A stretch of 64,000 nt of DNA from assembly GCA_030141605.1 (NCBI GenBank), contig JAQGDQ010000509.1:62001-126000 (forward strand). Reading direction: 5' to 3'. The translations under genes were made by a program, and so were the position numbers. How positions within the stretch are numbered: position 1 is the stretch's first letter; the number at the start of each line of letters is the position of its first letter. Of this stretch, positions 11,507 to 25,300 are shown piece by piece. The DNA is from Tubiluchus corallicola. Taxonomy: Eukaryota; Animalia; Priapulida. The notes under the pieces are model-generated. The model was not told the origin of the DNA, made no database searches, and saw nothing but the letters and a program-made list of their open reading frames with translations.

Positions 11507-14500
11507 ATGGATGATCAAGTTGATCATAGCTATGCATCTAAGGTTTGTTGGCCTTTAATGCTTTTTTCTTAAGACTACACGTACATCATGATGCAAGTTC
11601 TGTAGGGGTTGTCACTAGCTTGGTGTTATATGTATTATATTGACTGTGTGAATATACCATCTGTTGCTTATACGATATTTGCTAGATAAATATGGTTCAT
11701 CTGCCTAGATGTAGCAAAATTATCTTGTTAGATGTTACATGTGTTGTTTGATTTGTTTGGTCGCTTGCAATACCATCTAGTATGTATACTCTTGCAACTG
11801 GATTACATTTTTCTTCAAAGCATAATCTCTGTAACTATTGTAGTAATTACACCTGCATAGATTTTTTTTAATATATGTATACTGTCTATGTAGCGATAAG
11901 CAACAATATACTAACATGTCCTTATATGTTTTTACTTCTGCCACTGCCAGAAATGTGTTTTTTGAAATAGGTCAATGTTGTTTGTTCACAGCTACTGTCT
12001 GTCATAAAATGGATAATAATGAAGTATTATTATTTTTTTGGCATATTGTTTTTAATTTATGCCTAATAACCAGCACAAAACAAAGTTTCTCAATCAGTCT
12101 TTTTACTGTAACCAAATGCTTGAAAAAAATAAAAAATATATTTACCAAAAGTAACCACACAAAATTAAGTTAAATGAAATTAGAGTTTCTTGTATTAAAC
12201 CTTGTCACAACGTTCTCCAATACAAGTTTATCTCATTTTCATCATTAAGACAACATTAGCGCAAGTAGCACATGAACGGTTTTATCTAAGTCAACAAGTT
12301 TGGCTGTGATAATTTTAGTTTATAATTGATTATAATGCACCTGTCTAAATGTGCTATGTGGCAGCAATGTACTTGCATGTTGCTGGTGTTGAGAAAAAAG
12401 GAAGCTTTTCTTCCGTAATGTTTGCAATTTGTGTTATTAATCATGTTAATGACAGCAGAACACTGGAATACCATGATAATGTCATCAGAGTATAGGAATT
12501 CCATGTTAAAGTTACCAGAATGTGCAAATTCTATTGTAATGTCACCTGTATGTGGGAATTTCATGTCAGTGTCATCAGAGTATGGAAGCTCTGGCATAAT
12601 GTTGCCAGAATATGGGAATTCCCTAATGACACCGGAATGTGAGAACAATATAGTTTCACCATGTTTATATCAGGTATGTAAATAATGTTGCAAACTGTAA
12701 GGTAATATATCTGCTGCTGTTGTCAGCCTGCAAGCCAGAATACAGCATTCAATAGCTGGGTCTTCTCAGACTGGGTGGTTGTGGTAGAGCAGACCTGGCA
12801 ACTACTGGACAAATCTCTGCCACGAGATGATCAGTCATAAAGTGAGAAATGAACACATGCACCCATCTAGTCACTGACCAGCTTGGCGCAGTTCTTAACT
12901 ACAGCCACCAAGACGCTGAGAACACTGCATTGTTACAGTTTGCAACTAGGTTGTAATAATAGCCACTATATCTTTTTTAGTAACTTGGAACTGTAACTAA
13001 GACTTACAACATGCAAGTGCAGCAGTATTTTGTAGCAATGTACTAAAATAGGTTTTTTATTATTTTAGACATTTCATGCACCAAATCTCGGTGATGAAGA
13101 TTTTGACATTCCTCCATTGACAAGCCCTTCAAGCAGCATGACTACCATAGCGCCGACTTATACAGAAAGCCTCTCATATGCAAACATGGACATTAATCCA
13201 CAATTTCCTCCATTAGACATGGACAACAACATTCCGCATATAAGTGATGAAGTATTTCAGACAGAGGTTGTACAGCTAGATGCTCCTTTTATGACAACAT
13301 CATCTGATCATCGGCAAGAACCACCATCTTCCGCACAACTAGTCAGCATGCAGAATGAAATGGCAGGGGGAAAACCTATTTATACTTCTCCTTCTAAAAG
13401 TCAACCAAACCCATCCCCAGCTTCCATTAGTTCAGTTAATGGCAATGAAAGTGATGAAGGAGCCACATTACACCAGGTAAGAGTTGAACAAATTGCCATT
13501 TGTCAGCTTTCCTAATTTTACTAATCGTTTTACTAATCCTAGGAAAATTTTCAAAGTCTAGAATATAATCTTTGATGCACTAGATATCTGTTATAATACA
13601 TGATTACATGTTATTTATTTTTTATAACGTAACACATAACTTCAAGTGGCTTTTCCTTTTACTCTGTGTCTGTGATAAGCTTTATAACAAACTATTTTGT
13701 AAATAAATATGATGGTCAGTCCTGACCTTTTGGCAAGCTTTTGTGCATTGTCATTTATTTTGTTTAATGACCCGGAAACTGATATTCACTTTTTAAATTA
13801 TTAATGTACTTTTGTTTCGAAAGTGCAAATTTCCAGTTAAAATATAAACTCATCAACATCCAGCTTCTTTTTTCAGGGTTGCACTTTTGTCCTTCCTAAA
13901 TGGAATTTTATTTTAAATGTGAGTGACTGTCTCATCACTAAAACATGACACTGCGACAAGCATGCCTGAAAGTGCTTGGGCATAATACATAGCATGAAAC
14001 ATGATTCAAAATAATATCTATGATCTAATAAAGATGATGTTTGGCATGCTTTCGTTGGCATAGTTGTAGCTAGATCTTGTGGTGCCTGGAAGAGCACTTG
14101 AGTTTGCTGCCACCCCCCCCCCCCTCCCCGCCCTCCATATGAAAATAACAACATCCTTGTGTAGGAAAATTTACATTTCTAAAATTTAGTCGTGTTGCAT
14201 TGCAGTTGCTAGTTGTGGAGATAAACTGATAAAAACACTACTGAAAAAATTTGTTTCTGAAGAAAATAAAAGTCCTCCCAGTATGCTTCAGAAGCTGCTA
14301 TACTCAGAGGCTTCTTTAAATGTTAAGGTTAAAACATCCTGGTTATTCCTGGACAGTTTAAATACTGAAAATGTAGATCTTCTTCGTTTAGTGTGTCGGG
14401 AGGCCATGTCAGACTGTAACAGATGCATCGTGTTGATAGCTAAGTTTGTGTTTCATTACCTGAAAACATTGTAGTGGGGAATCAAGAGGAATGACATAAA

Positions 14501-17500
14501 TCGCTGATGATTTGAGAATAGTTGACCTGAGAAATAATATATTGGGTGCCAAGCAGTGCTATTTTTACAAAAGGTAGATCAACCTGCAGCTGTAAATTGA
14601 TGGTTATATTTTTATTGATATACCAACTTGTTGTGTTTTAAAATTCAGAATTAAACTGACTACGTGTGTGACATATGTTTAAAAACTAAAGCATGTTGAA
14701 TTGACTGAAATGAGCTTATATATTTTTGGGGCAAAAATAAAGTAGTAATGGTATTGTGTGGCTAAATATAGTCTCTTGCTGTACTAATGTCTGCACTGCC
14801 TGGCACAGTTTGCTACAATTATTTTCATTAAAAAATTGCGAAGATAACTTTCCCGATTTTCCTTGATTCGTGTCGATGTTATCACATAAAAGTGTTTTCA
14901 TTAAGCTCACAGACTGTGTCTAAAAACAGTAATTTGTCATCGAGCAAAAACTGCTATATGCTAACCAGTTCTAAATACTTCATCGTTAACTCAAGACATA
15001 TACTATGTAGAAATATTGAAAACAAAAAACGCATTATAAAGTAGACATTACACAGATAAGTTACTAATTATACTCTGCTTTATCGCAAACTTTTGGCAGA
15101 AGGTACTGTAAGTGGTGTTTTATTAATGGAAATTTACAGTGTCCAGCATTTTGTTTTCCATTATGCTGATGAATTAACTTTTCAGTATACTTGATCAAAG
15201 AGCCACCCTGTGAAAAATGCCATCCGGGGAGGGCTGCCCCTTACCTAAACCACTTGTACTTTTTTACAAGTACAAGTGATAACTTTCAGTTTAAGTTAGG
15301 TTTCTGTTTTGCAGTATTTTATCTAATTAAATTGTTGCGATGCTTTCAGAAACTAAAGCGATCAATGGCGCTTGGTATGGCTGAGAAGATCAAAAAGAAG
15401 CCCAAAAGTCCAAAGAAAAAGAAAATGACACCTGAACCTCAGAAGTAAGACACTTAATAATTAGATGAATTCTGCTAATAATGACTTTGTGATCATGTAG
15501 TAGCTTCATTTTTTATTTGTTGTTGGTTTTGCAAAAGAACCTTGAAACAATTGCTGACAGATATATAGATACATACATTTTCTGTTGGACAACATTGTCT
15601 GGAAAATAAAAGCAAATAAAGTCTAAGCATCTTTAGCATGAATGTTATTAACTTATTACGCATGACGTAAATTTGAAAAGTCCTTCAGATTGCATATGTA
15701 TATTTTTGAGAAAGTTTTGTACAAGTTAGATCAATATCAGCCTTGTAAAAACGTATCATTACAAATATAAACATTGCAAACAGTTGTTTGGAAAATAAAA
15801 GCGAGTAAAATCTAAATATCTTTTGCATGAATGTTATTAACTTATTACACTTAACATAAATTTGAAAAGTCCTTCAGATTGCATATGTATATTTTTGAGA
15901 AAGTTTTGTACAAATTAGATCAATAACAGCCTTGAAAAAGCATTGTATCATTACAAATATAAACATTGCAACCAGTTGTCTGGAAAGAAAAGCGCATAAA
16001 GTATAGATATTTTGTCAACTTCACCAGGCTTGCTTAAATTTGAGAAATGTCCTTCGGATTACACATACCTGTTTATTTTTGAGGAACTTGTATTATGCAA
16101 GTTAGATTATTAATTTATGGAAATAAATTTCCGCTTGCGATATATATTTACAGTCAGCTGTAATAGCTGGAAGGCTGTAGCCAAGCATCTGCAAATTTTT
16201 CTGTGTCTAGTTAATATTATCAGGCAGTAATGATATAATTATAAATCCATTAATAATTAGAATGTCGTGCAAATGTAAGTGGTTTTATTGAAATTCTTTG
16301 AACTTTTCCTGCAGCACCTCAGTTTTATATTACATAACTTTGTTTTTTGAGTTGATCCCTCAATATATTTTCATTCAGCTAACTGCAGCTTTAGATCAAC
16401 TTTAAGTTTATTTATTCATAAACTGTGAATCATTTGCAGCATTTGCATTGTTCTCATACATCTTATTGCATCAACCAACTCAGTAACATGCCAATGCTGA
16501 ATCCACATTTGAGTATAATCATTTGTACTGTAGTGCCGAAACCACTTTTTTGTTTAGGCCAGTTTCTGCGTATGCACTGTTCTTCCGTGATACTCAAGCT
16601 GCTATTAAGAGTGAGAATCCTAGTGCAAGTTTCGGAGAAGTTTCGAAAATAGTTGCATCAATGTGGGACAGTTTGGACGATGAGCATAAAGAGGTATTAT
16701 TGTATGATATAGTTTTTGGTATATGCGCATATACAGTAGTCGCCGCTTAATAGACTCACGGTTAATAGACTCAACCACTTAATTGACTCAAAAACGCCTG
16801 GAGCGTGCCGCTTTCAAATTTATATAAAAACTATCAGTAATTGACTCAAATAACTTCGCTTAATTGACTCAATATTTTTCCTTCATGTACTTAAAATAAG
16901 ATATTTGTATGTGCCCAAACAGCTTTTCCTACTTTTATATCATCTTTCCTTCCCTTTTGTGCATTATATATGTAGAAACAATCATGTTAAGTACCGTTTT
17001 GTTTGTAAGCAGGTACGTTTATCATGCGATAATATGCTAGCCTAGCGGTTTTGCTTTGAATCTGTTACCCCTCGCCCACTGTTACCCAAAGAATTTCTGG
17101 AAACTAAACACTTAATCACTTGCCTAGTGGTTTCCTTTTGATGCTCTGGTTGCAAATCACGCTTTGAGGCTTAATGATTAATAGTCAAAGATGCAGGTAC
17201 AGTAATCAGCAAGGATTCCTTGTGACTTGCAAGAGTAAACATCATACAGCAAATAAAGGCATAGAGTTAAGAAGTTTAAAAAATGGAGCATAAGCGTAAA
17301 GATCTAACAGTTATGGAGAAACTGAAAATTTTAGAGCAGTACGATAAACTTCCAAAGATGGGGCCGAGGTGTGCTGCAGCGCAGTTTAAAATTTCCCAAA
17401 GTACTTTTGGCAGAATATTGAAAAAATGATCTGAAATTGATCAGTCAGCAAGCCAAAATGAGAATCTAGCATCTAAGAGGCAACACACAGGGAAAGACTG

Positions 17501-20171
17501 TGAATTGAATTAGAAGTGTGGTTTACATACGCAAGAGAAAAAATGCTCGAGTGAGTGTAATTTATTCTTAATTCACTTATATAAATTAATATTTTAAATT
17601 ATTTTCTTTTCCGATTTTTAACTGCACAAAGGAATTTAGGCATTACTTCGTTTGTAGAATTCATTAAAAGCCTTTGCAGTGCATAGTAAGCCGAGGACTC
17701 ATACTTCTATAGCAGTAATACTACACCCATCGGTTAATAGGTTCAATCAATTAATTGGGGCAAAATACGTCAGTCCCAAAGTGAGTCTATTAAGCGGCGA
17801 CTACTGTAGTTTTATTTTAGGAATGGTGTTCTATTGAACAATACATGTTGTGGTGTTTTACAAGATATGAACATAGGTGTAAAAATAAGAATAACAAAGA
17901 AGTGACACATATAAATGTAGCTTGCAACATCTAAATTCTGAATCATAGATTTATGAGTGTTTTAATTATTAGGCGAAATGAAATACATGTATGACTTTTT
18001 GCTGCAAGCTGTATTTACATATTATTGTTTGTTGATTTTACTTTTAACTAAAATTCCTCAGCATAAAGCAATTTCATTATTGTGTGAAGAAATGTCTCAC
18101 ATGCCAATCTGCTGCTAGTTATATTGCATAGTTAAGCTACTAAAGTGTTTCTGTGCAATATGCCAGATTGTAAATGCAATGACTTATTTTTAATTATATA
18201 AGCATTAAATTTTAGACTTGTAGTGTGTGAGGTCATGCATTACTTCTTCTATTAAGGAATCAAAAATCCAACAATGATTCAGTATATGTTGCTGAAAGTA
18301 ATAACAGTAATACTTTAAATTGAGCAGATGTCAAACAAAAAAAATTGTAGCATTTCTAGTATAGCTTTAACTTCGAGGGACATTTCAAAAGTCACTTTTA
18401 ATAGTATTTGAACTAGAGGGCCCTTGCCAGAGTGATATGGTTACCCATTTCTTTACCAACGAGAAACCCTGCTGATAATTGTGTTTAACTTGCACCAGTA
18501 AAAAAATTTTACACCGTACAAAGACAAAGATTTCAATCTGTGCCCTTGAAATGTGAACTAAGAAGAAATGTAATGTCACCATTGAAAGAACGAATATATG
18601 CGCAAAATGTGTCTTGGATAGGTATGAAGATGTGTAGTATTGGGAACAGATGACAGGTTCATTTTTGCACCAATTAATCTCAAAATTTAATCGTTTCAGT
18701 AAGGGCCCTTAGCTGGGTTGCCTGTTAAACTTGAGTATTCCTGTTAGTTCTGTTCTGGGATTGGCACTTGCAATTTTGTAACGGAATATGTCCTCTCCCG
18801 CCCAATTAACTCTCCATTGCTTTAAAAACATAGAAGTCGAAACTGAGACTTATAAACTGTTGAAATCAAACATAACCAAATGCAAAATATGAAGCAGTCA
18901 GGACTGAGCACAGATTTCAACCAGGGACCTTTAGACCTCACATCTACTGTCATGAGTACTAGATCATTCAGCCCCTGATCATGGAAGATCTTAATATAGT
19001 CAGATCCATGTAGCTTAACAGCCAGCCCAAAATTTCTAAATTGAAGACTCATTGGTCACAAAGTGTGGTCTACTGGCCATAGAATTCACTTGTAATTCAA
19101 AAATCTCTTGTTTAAATCCAGATGTAATACTGACTGTTTTGTAGTTCCTTTTTTTGGTTACATTTTGTTTCAAGAATTTGCAAAATTGTAGAAAACACTG
19201 TTTTTATAGGAAAAGTGCTCTAATTGTAATTGTCAACTCTTGTTTTAGGTTTACAAAAGGAAAACAGAAATGGCCAAAAAAGAATACTTGAGGCAACTGG
19301 CAGCTTATAGGGCAAATATGGTCTGCAAAGGATTGTTAGGAGACTGGTCAGAAGAAAGTGTCACAAAGACTGCAGTTACTAAAACTGAGTCACCGCCTCC
19401 TGAAAGCTCCATGCTAGTAAGTTAACAAAGTGCACAGGTGATTGTAAAGGCCTATAATTCAAAAGTTGATGGTTATGGTTGAAACACATTATTTGTGAAA
19501 TTTGTTTTGCAAAATTGATAAAAGTTGTCAAAAATCTATATGTTAAAATGGAAATCAGCAGAATCAGATCCCCCTAAGAAGTGTGAACAGCTGGGACTGT
19601 TCTATCTTTGTAAAGGGGAGCAGTAAGTAATAAGAAGACTTGGCTGCTAAATTCAAGACTAGACATGTCTCTGATCAATTGCATTCGTGCCATGTAAGGT
19701 ATACAATGAAATTTTGCATTATGGTTAACATATATCCACACCAGATGGCTGAAATTTATTTTGCAGATCCCTTCTCCTAGTCTCCCAGAAGAAAGAAAGA
19801 TGAGATGCATTCGTAATGGCTGCACAAACTTTGCTGTAGACTGTCCGGACTGGGACAGAGAATATTGCAGCAATGAATGTGTCGTTACACACTGCAAGTA
19901 TGTACTATTTAACTTAAGAAAATTTCCCCTGAAATCGCATATACATTTATGTTTGCTTCCATATTCTCAAGGTTATTTTTGTTTTGCACAGTGTAAAGTG
20001 CATGGTGCCTGGAATTGTTTTCGTGTCCATTGTCCTGTGCACATTTTCTAACAGTTGATTTGTCTATGTTACTTTATCTTTATACAGCCTAACTAATTAG
20101 CAAGTTTGCTTTATTACAGAGATGTGTTCATGGCCTGGATTGCATCTCGGCAACCTACAGTCCTTTCCTGA
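11507..20171 (+). CDS. TOX4: TOX-family HMG-box protein (TOX3/TOX4-like)
   Basis: Exons: 11507-11542 ([12 protein letters not shown]; first coding exon inferred), 13069-13476, 15350-15444, 16558-16693, 19249-19416, 19767-19897, 20120-20171. Motifs: [16 protein letters not shown]; basic NLS; HMG box [20 protein letters not shown]...[15 protein letters not shown]...[21 protein letters not shown]; C-terminal CIRNGC...[27 protein letters not shown]. The symbol denotes the closest vertebrate type; one-to-one orthology is not established. Confidence 0.93.
12449..12673 (+). repeat. Degenerate 30-bp minisatellite (about 6.5 units) forming an open frame that ends at a strong donor; candidate alternative TOX exon
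   Basis: Units such as atgtcatcagagtataggaattccatgtta and atgttgccagaatatgggaattccctaatg. Ends CAG|GTATGT at 12673 in phase 0. Confidence 0.7.
12763..12922. mobile_element. Small MITE-like element with imperfect terminal inverted repeats
   Basis: Left end ttctcagactgggtggttgtggtagagc versus reverse complement of the right end ttctcagcgtcttggtggctgtagttaagaac. Confidence 0.45.
15593..16108. repeat. Tandem repeat, about 190-bp unit, 2.7 copies, in a TOX intron
   Basis: Units start near 15593, 15781 and 15973 (ttgt-tggaaaataaaagc...aaatttgaaaagtccttcagattgcatatgtatatttttgagaaagttttgtacaa). The third unit is more diverged. Confidence 0.9.
16734..17806 (+). mobile_element. Non-autonomous pogo/Tigger-like DNA transposon
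   Basis: Perfect 26-bp TIRs cagtagtcgccgcttaatagactcac / gtgagtctattaagcggcgactactg, with TA on both sides. Internal relic from about 17283: [48 protein letters not shown]...KRQHTGKD. No DDE domain. Confidence 0.93.
18900..18978 (-). mobile_element. Possible degenerate tRNA-derived SINE head
   Basis: Minus strand ...tctaaaggtccctggttgaaatctgtgctcagtcc resembles a tRNA T-arm/B box. No complete cloverleaf. Confidence 0.25.
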
Positions 20172-22337
20172 ATGTAGAAGACCAGTGACAGCTCGGTGCA
20201 ATACCAGAACATTTAACAAATTATGATCGATCAATATTATTGCTGTATGAACAAATTGTACTGATCGTTGTTGTCGTCGTCATTGTGTCATGTAGTAGTG
20301 AAGTGAACGTGTAGTGCTTGATAATTTGCTCAAAATAAATGCCTTTTCATAATTTTTTTGTAATATTTGCATTAGACTTGCACTATAAGAAGTGATTTTG
20401 TTTTTTCATACTTCTTGCATTCTGAGTGCCTGGATAAGTAATCAGTTACTCTAGTAAAAGTAATCAATAATCACCGTAACTGAAAATGTCAGGTATTATC
20501 CACCAGCATTACTATATTGATGCTTGGTAAGGTACAGTAAAGGCTCCGGATACTTTACTATTTCATTCAGACTGGCAGATATTATGATGACTTCAGCTGC
20601 TCACTCACCCTAAATACACCAAGATAATTGCAAAAAATTAATGCCCTCTTTAATTACAAATTAAGGAGTACAGTACTTCAAATGCTATTTAATGATAGTT
20701 TCACATAAGGTTATAACGTTGAAAAGCACATTTCTTCTTTTAATATTAAGTGATTATAATATAATTATGCCATAAGGTATGTATGCCTATAGTAGGACTA
20801 CTTCATGCATTGTTTACAATTGCCTCACTTTCTATAAGTCTCTAAGAACATAGTCTGTAAGAGTCTATTAGTGTTTTGAAATCGTCCGTGATAAGGTCAG
20901 ATGGTTGTGCTGTTTACCACAGTAGAATCTCCAAGCGAATATCAATATAATCAAGTTTATAATTATTACTCGCTTCAAGTTCATAATAATACATTTATAG
21001 CTAATTGAATATTATAGCTAATATTCAATTTTGTGAAACGCTTGCTATGCAAATCAATGAAGGTTACTAGTAAAGCAGGCATTTTCCTTGCACATTTTCT
21101 GAAAACAGGAACGCTAGTCAGTCGACAATCCATTTCATTAAAAATTATAAATTTAACAACTACATTTCTATGCTGATGAGTGCAGTCTTAATAAGTAGCT
21201 CAACTTCTGAGCAAAGTGGGTTTAATAGACTTTTGACAAAACTCAAGTGGACATATATTTTTACTGTTTTTGCCCGCACAACAATTACCTTATTAAAAAT
21301 TCCGACAATAGTGTTTCAGTACAATGTTGTGGAAGGAAAGAAATTTCACGCAATTTGAAAATTCATGTCCAGCACATCTTCACAAATTTCAAACTATGAG
21401 TGATGGTGATGAAATGACCAGTCTGCAGTAAATGAAATTTTAATTATTTTTGATTTTTTGCCTATTATGAGGCATGCTTGACATATAAATAAAAATAACA
21501 GCACTAATCAATGTTAATAGTTTTTTTTTATTTGACTTTCCTAGCAAACAAAATCTGTCATGTTGGCCTCCATTATTCACTTTAGTGAATCATGTAAATT
21601 TTTACAATGAATTGTAAATATTGTTAATTTAAAATATTTTTATGTGTGCCTTTAGCAAATTCCTGAATGAACAAACCATTGTGCTTGCAACATGAATGTA
21701 CATTATTGTATGACTACAACAATTGTAACTTACCATTTAGGCCCACACAATTTTAATAATCTGACTAATAAATCCACAGAAGTTACATGGTCTGTAATGA
21801 ATGCAAGCAACAACAATGTTCCACCAAAAGTTACTAAAGGTTCTATTTGTGGTAAGAGTTGCAATGTATTTCAAATAAAACACAGTAATATTTTTTTGTG
21901 TTCAATATTCAGAAATAAGTTCAATAAAAGAGACACTGATACATGTTTCGATCACCAAAAATAACAGACACCAACAATTAAGAAATTATGACAGAGCAAA
22001 TCTTCACAATCAATAATAAAGAAATTGTCCATACTTATACAATAATTTCTTTTGCTACAGTTTTACTGTCTATTAGAAAAGATGCATTTAAATTCAAAAT
22101 TATTACAAGTAAACATTGGTAACAAATACATAATAATTACAATATTTCATAAAAATTGTTATTTTTGCACTCACTGACAAAATTAACAAAGAATACATTT
22201 TCCTACATGCATTTTACTATATACATATTATACAATGTACAATAGCATATCACTTAATGGCATATCTTAATGAAAATATCCAGAAAAGTAACGACTATAC
22301 AGCTTTTACTTTAATGAGCCAGTTAAAGCTGTGCCAG

Positions 22338-25300
22338 CTAATATCCAAGAAATTCTTTTTCAACAGCTGCTGCCATTTCCTCGTCAACTGAACCTAGTGA
22401 TTCATCTGGGTCATCAGAATCTGAAACACGTAAAGAAGATTCTACATTTTCCACGTCACTCTCTCCTCCTTGTAAATCTAATACATCACCGTAATCACCA
22501 GAGCCATCATCTGAATTACTTCTTTTACGCTTATTGCTCCATCCTCGTGGAAACTCTGCGCTTAAACTCTCGGCACTTGATGAACTCGATGGAGGGCCAA
22601 TGACATTCGCATTGTCATCATTACCCTCTAAATCTTCCAAATATTCATCTTCGTCAGAATCTTCGTCAGTTGCATCACTTACTTCACGGTCCATGGATGC
22701 AATCTCTGCAGAAGAGAAACTTAACAATGCATTGTACTCAAAGTGAGGATTCTCTTGACTTGGACCAGAACTAACTTTATCACAGGGCTTTTTACTTTTT
22801 TTTGCCTTCAATTTACATCGCAGTAAAGGACTATCACGTCCTTGTTTCTTTTTTCCGGGTGGAAGAGAAAATAATGTCTCTTCAACCCTTTCCCACCGTT
22901 CGTTACATGACCATAACCAGTCCAAAGTGACAATATGGATGTTTTTACACTTTTGAGCTTGTGAGACTTTCTGAGTTCCCCACTGAGCAGCAATGACATG
23001 AGTTGTTTTTTCGCTTTTTCCTTTGTTTGTTGTATTTTCCAACACAACATCTGACTGAACATTTGCACCAAGATTTTTTGCTACAACATAAGCACGATTC
23101 TTCTCTGGGGTAGCATTAACAGGAATAACGCCACTAAACACTATGTTACAGCCTCTTAACACTTTTCTGCGCACATACGGTACAATGTTTTTCATATCCG
23201 GCACACCTTGTTTCTTCTCTTTTTGCATTTGGTCGTACATATCGTAGAAAGCTTTGTGCAAAATTTTAAGAATATCTTCTAAGTAAAACAGATAATCATC
23301 TTCATCTATAGGATCTACAAGGCAGGGATCTCCTTTTTGCTTATCTGAAGATTCCAACTTTTTCACATCAGAAGTACACTTTTCACTATCAGATACAGTA
23401 ACGGCTGCTGTACTATCAGCCAAGTTATCACCTTCACATTTCTCTTGCAATTGTTCCTTTTCTGCAGCAAGACAGTCATTAGCTATTTGATTTTCTGTTT
23501 TCATTTCACTGAAACTAACCAAGTCCAAGCTTTCACATTTATCTTTTTGAAGTAATGTATCATTGTTACCAACTGTCTTAGTTTTATCAGTAATAAGTTC
23601 ACTCTGAGAAGTTTCAGTTTTACTATCATTTTCACACTTAGACTTTTCTAAATGCAAAACATCTGCAACTTTCTCTGCAACTGGTTTTATGGAATTTGTA
23701 TCGTTATCACTGTCTATTAAAACACCATCAATAGGCCCACTGGAAATCATAATGTCACTACCTTCAACAACAGCACTATAGGTGTCAGTTGTAATAGTAT
23801 CCGAAAGAGGTTTTCCTTTAACAATGCCACCATCACTTGAAGCGACCGGTTCTGTACTAGGGATAATGCTACTCTGGCTTTCACTTGTATTGCTTTTTGT
23901 TTCAACAAAAGCCTCTTTGGTTGTTTTATTTTCACTGCTAGCAAAATGCTTAGTCACAACCATTGCAGTTTCCATGGAACAGATGCTAACATCTTTTATG
24001 TTTGCGCCATTTTCCACAGCAGATTCTACTTGTTCTGCGAGAACATCAACATCATCAAATTGTTCTTCTATTTCTTCGTTATCATTGCCTTTATCAACTC
24101 TACAAAGACAAGTGATGATACTAATAGAAGTTACTCTACTGAGTGTCCACTCATTAACAAATTACACTAAGGTATACCAATATTTTGAATTAGACTTTAG
24201 CAAAAAGATTAGATAAACAAATCATTTATAACTGGTATACGGCGCAACGTTCTAGCATTCAATAGCAAGGCTACTTAACGTATTTTGTAGTGGGCTTGCA
24301 TCACAGGAACTTGTGAGTGATTTGGCAGAATTTGGTAAAATCCACAGGCATTTATTGAAAAGTTAACCACTAAATGATCAAATAAGCAGTTATTTTTATT
24401 AGGGGACTTCAATGTGAACTTACTAAATTATTCTTTGCACCAAGACACAGCTAATTTTCTCGATACTATTAATACTAATTATGTCTTTTAACATTGCCAA
24501 TGAGTACAAAAATTTATTCTCCAACAACTTTATAAATTTCTGTTAGCGGATGAGGTTAGACTTCACATCGACTCTATAAAAACTTGTACATTGGATGCCA
24601 GTATAGACACAATCTGCACTGTGCAAGGGAAATTACTGCAGCTACATGAATAAGTTCTAGCAGTAGCAAGAAAAAGTCCTGACTGTGCAAACTTGGATGG
24701 CACTCTAAATCAAGCTTCTAGATTAAACCTGGCAGTACATGCAATGAATTTTAGAAAATAAAATGAGGCAGCGTATTTCTTGCAAAAAATGCAATTTAAA
24801 TGATTATTAGATGTTGAAGCTTTATCACTTTAAAATTTTTAGTCCCTTTCATTTTAAATGGGAGTAATATACTAAATGCTTACGATTCCGGAATCCAATT
24901 TATATCTGCTGTTCCCTTGAAGAAATGGTATGGCTTAACATGTATTAAATTAGGAGTATAACCCCAAACATCTTCACGATCATCGATAATGCATACCATG
25001 CAGTCACCGCAAGGAAATAAGCCTCTGTAAATAATAAAGGCTAATGCAATAAACAACGAACAAACATTGAAACAATGTGGGAATTCATTTTATTTTGCAA
25101 ACAGACAAATTCTGTTAATCACCACTAACTAACATACAGTCAAACCTCTTTATACCACCCATTTTGGGACCGGAATAAAGTTGGTGTTATAGGGAATTTG
25201 TCGTTATAACGAGAGGTGTTAAATTCTGCCATAGACAAATCACAAAATGAGTATACGCAGATTAGAGTCCTCAATTCTTGCTCTAAAGGTTAATGAATTA

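Noticed and set aside
14109-14136. C-run as a functional G-quadruplex
   Set aside because: Probably part of a decayed repeat; nothing supports a function.
21003-21030. 12-bp palindromic stem aattgaatatta/taatattcaatt
   Set aside because: Very AT-rich and short; plausible by chance or local duplication.
22331-24216. Several + strand and alternative-frame ORFs
   Set aside because: Shadows of the large CTDP1 terminal exon, with no independent motifs.
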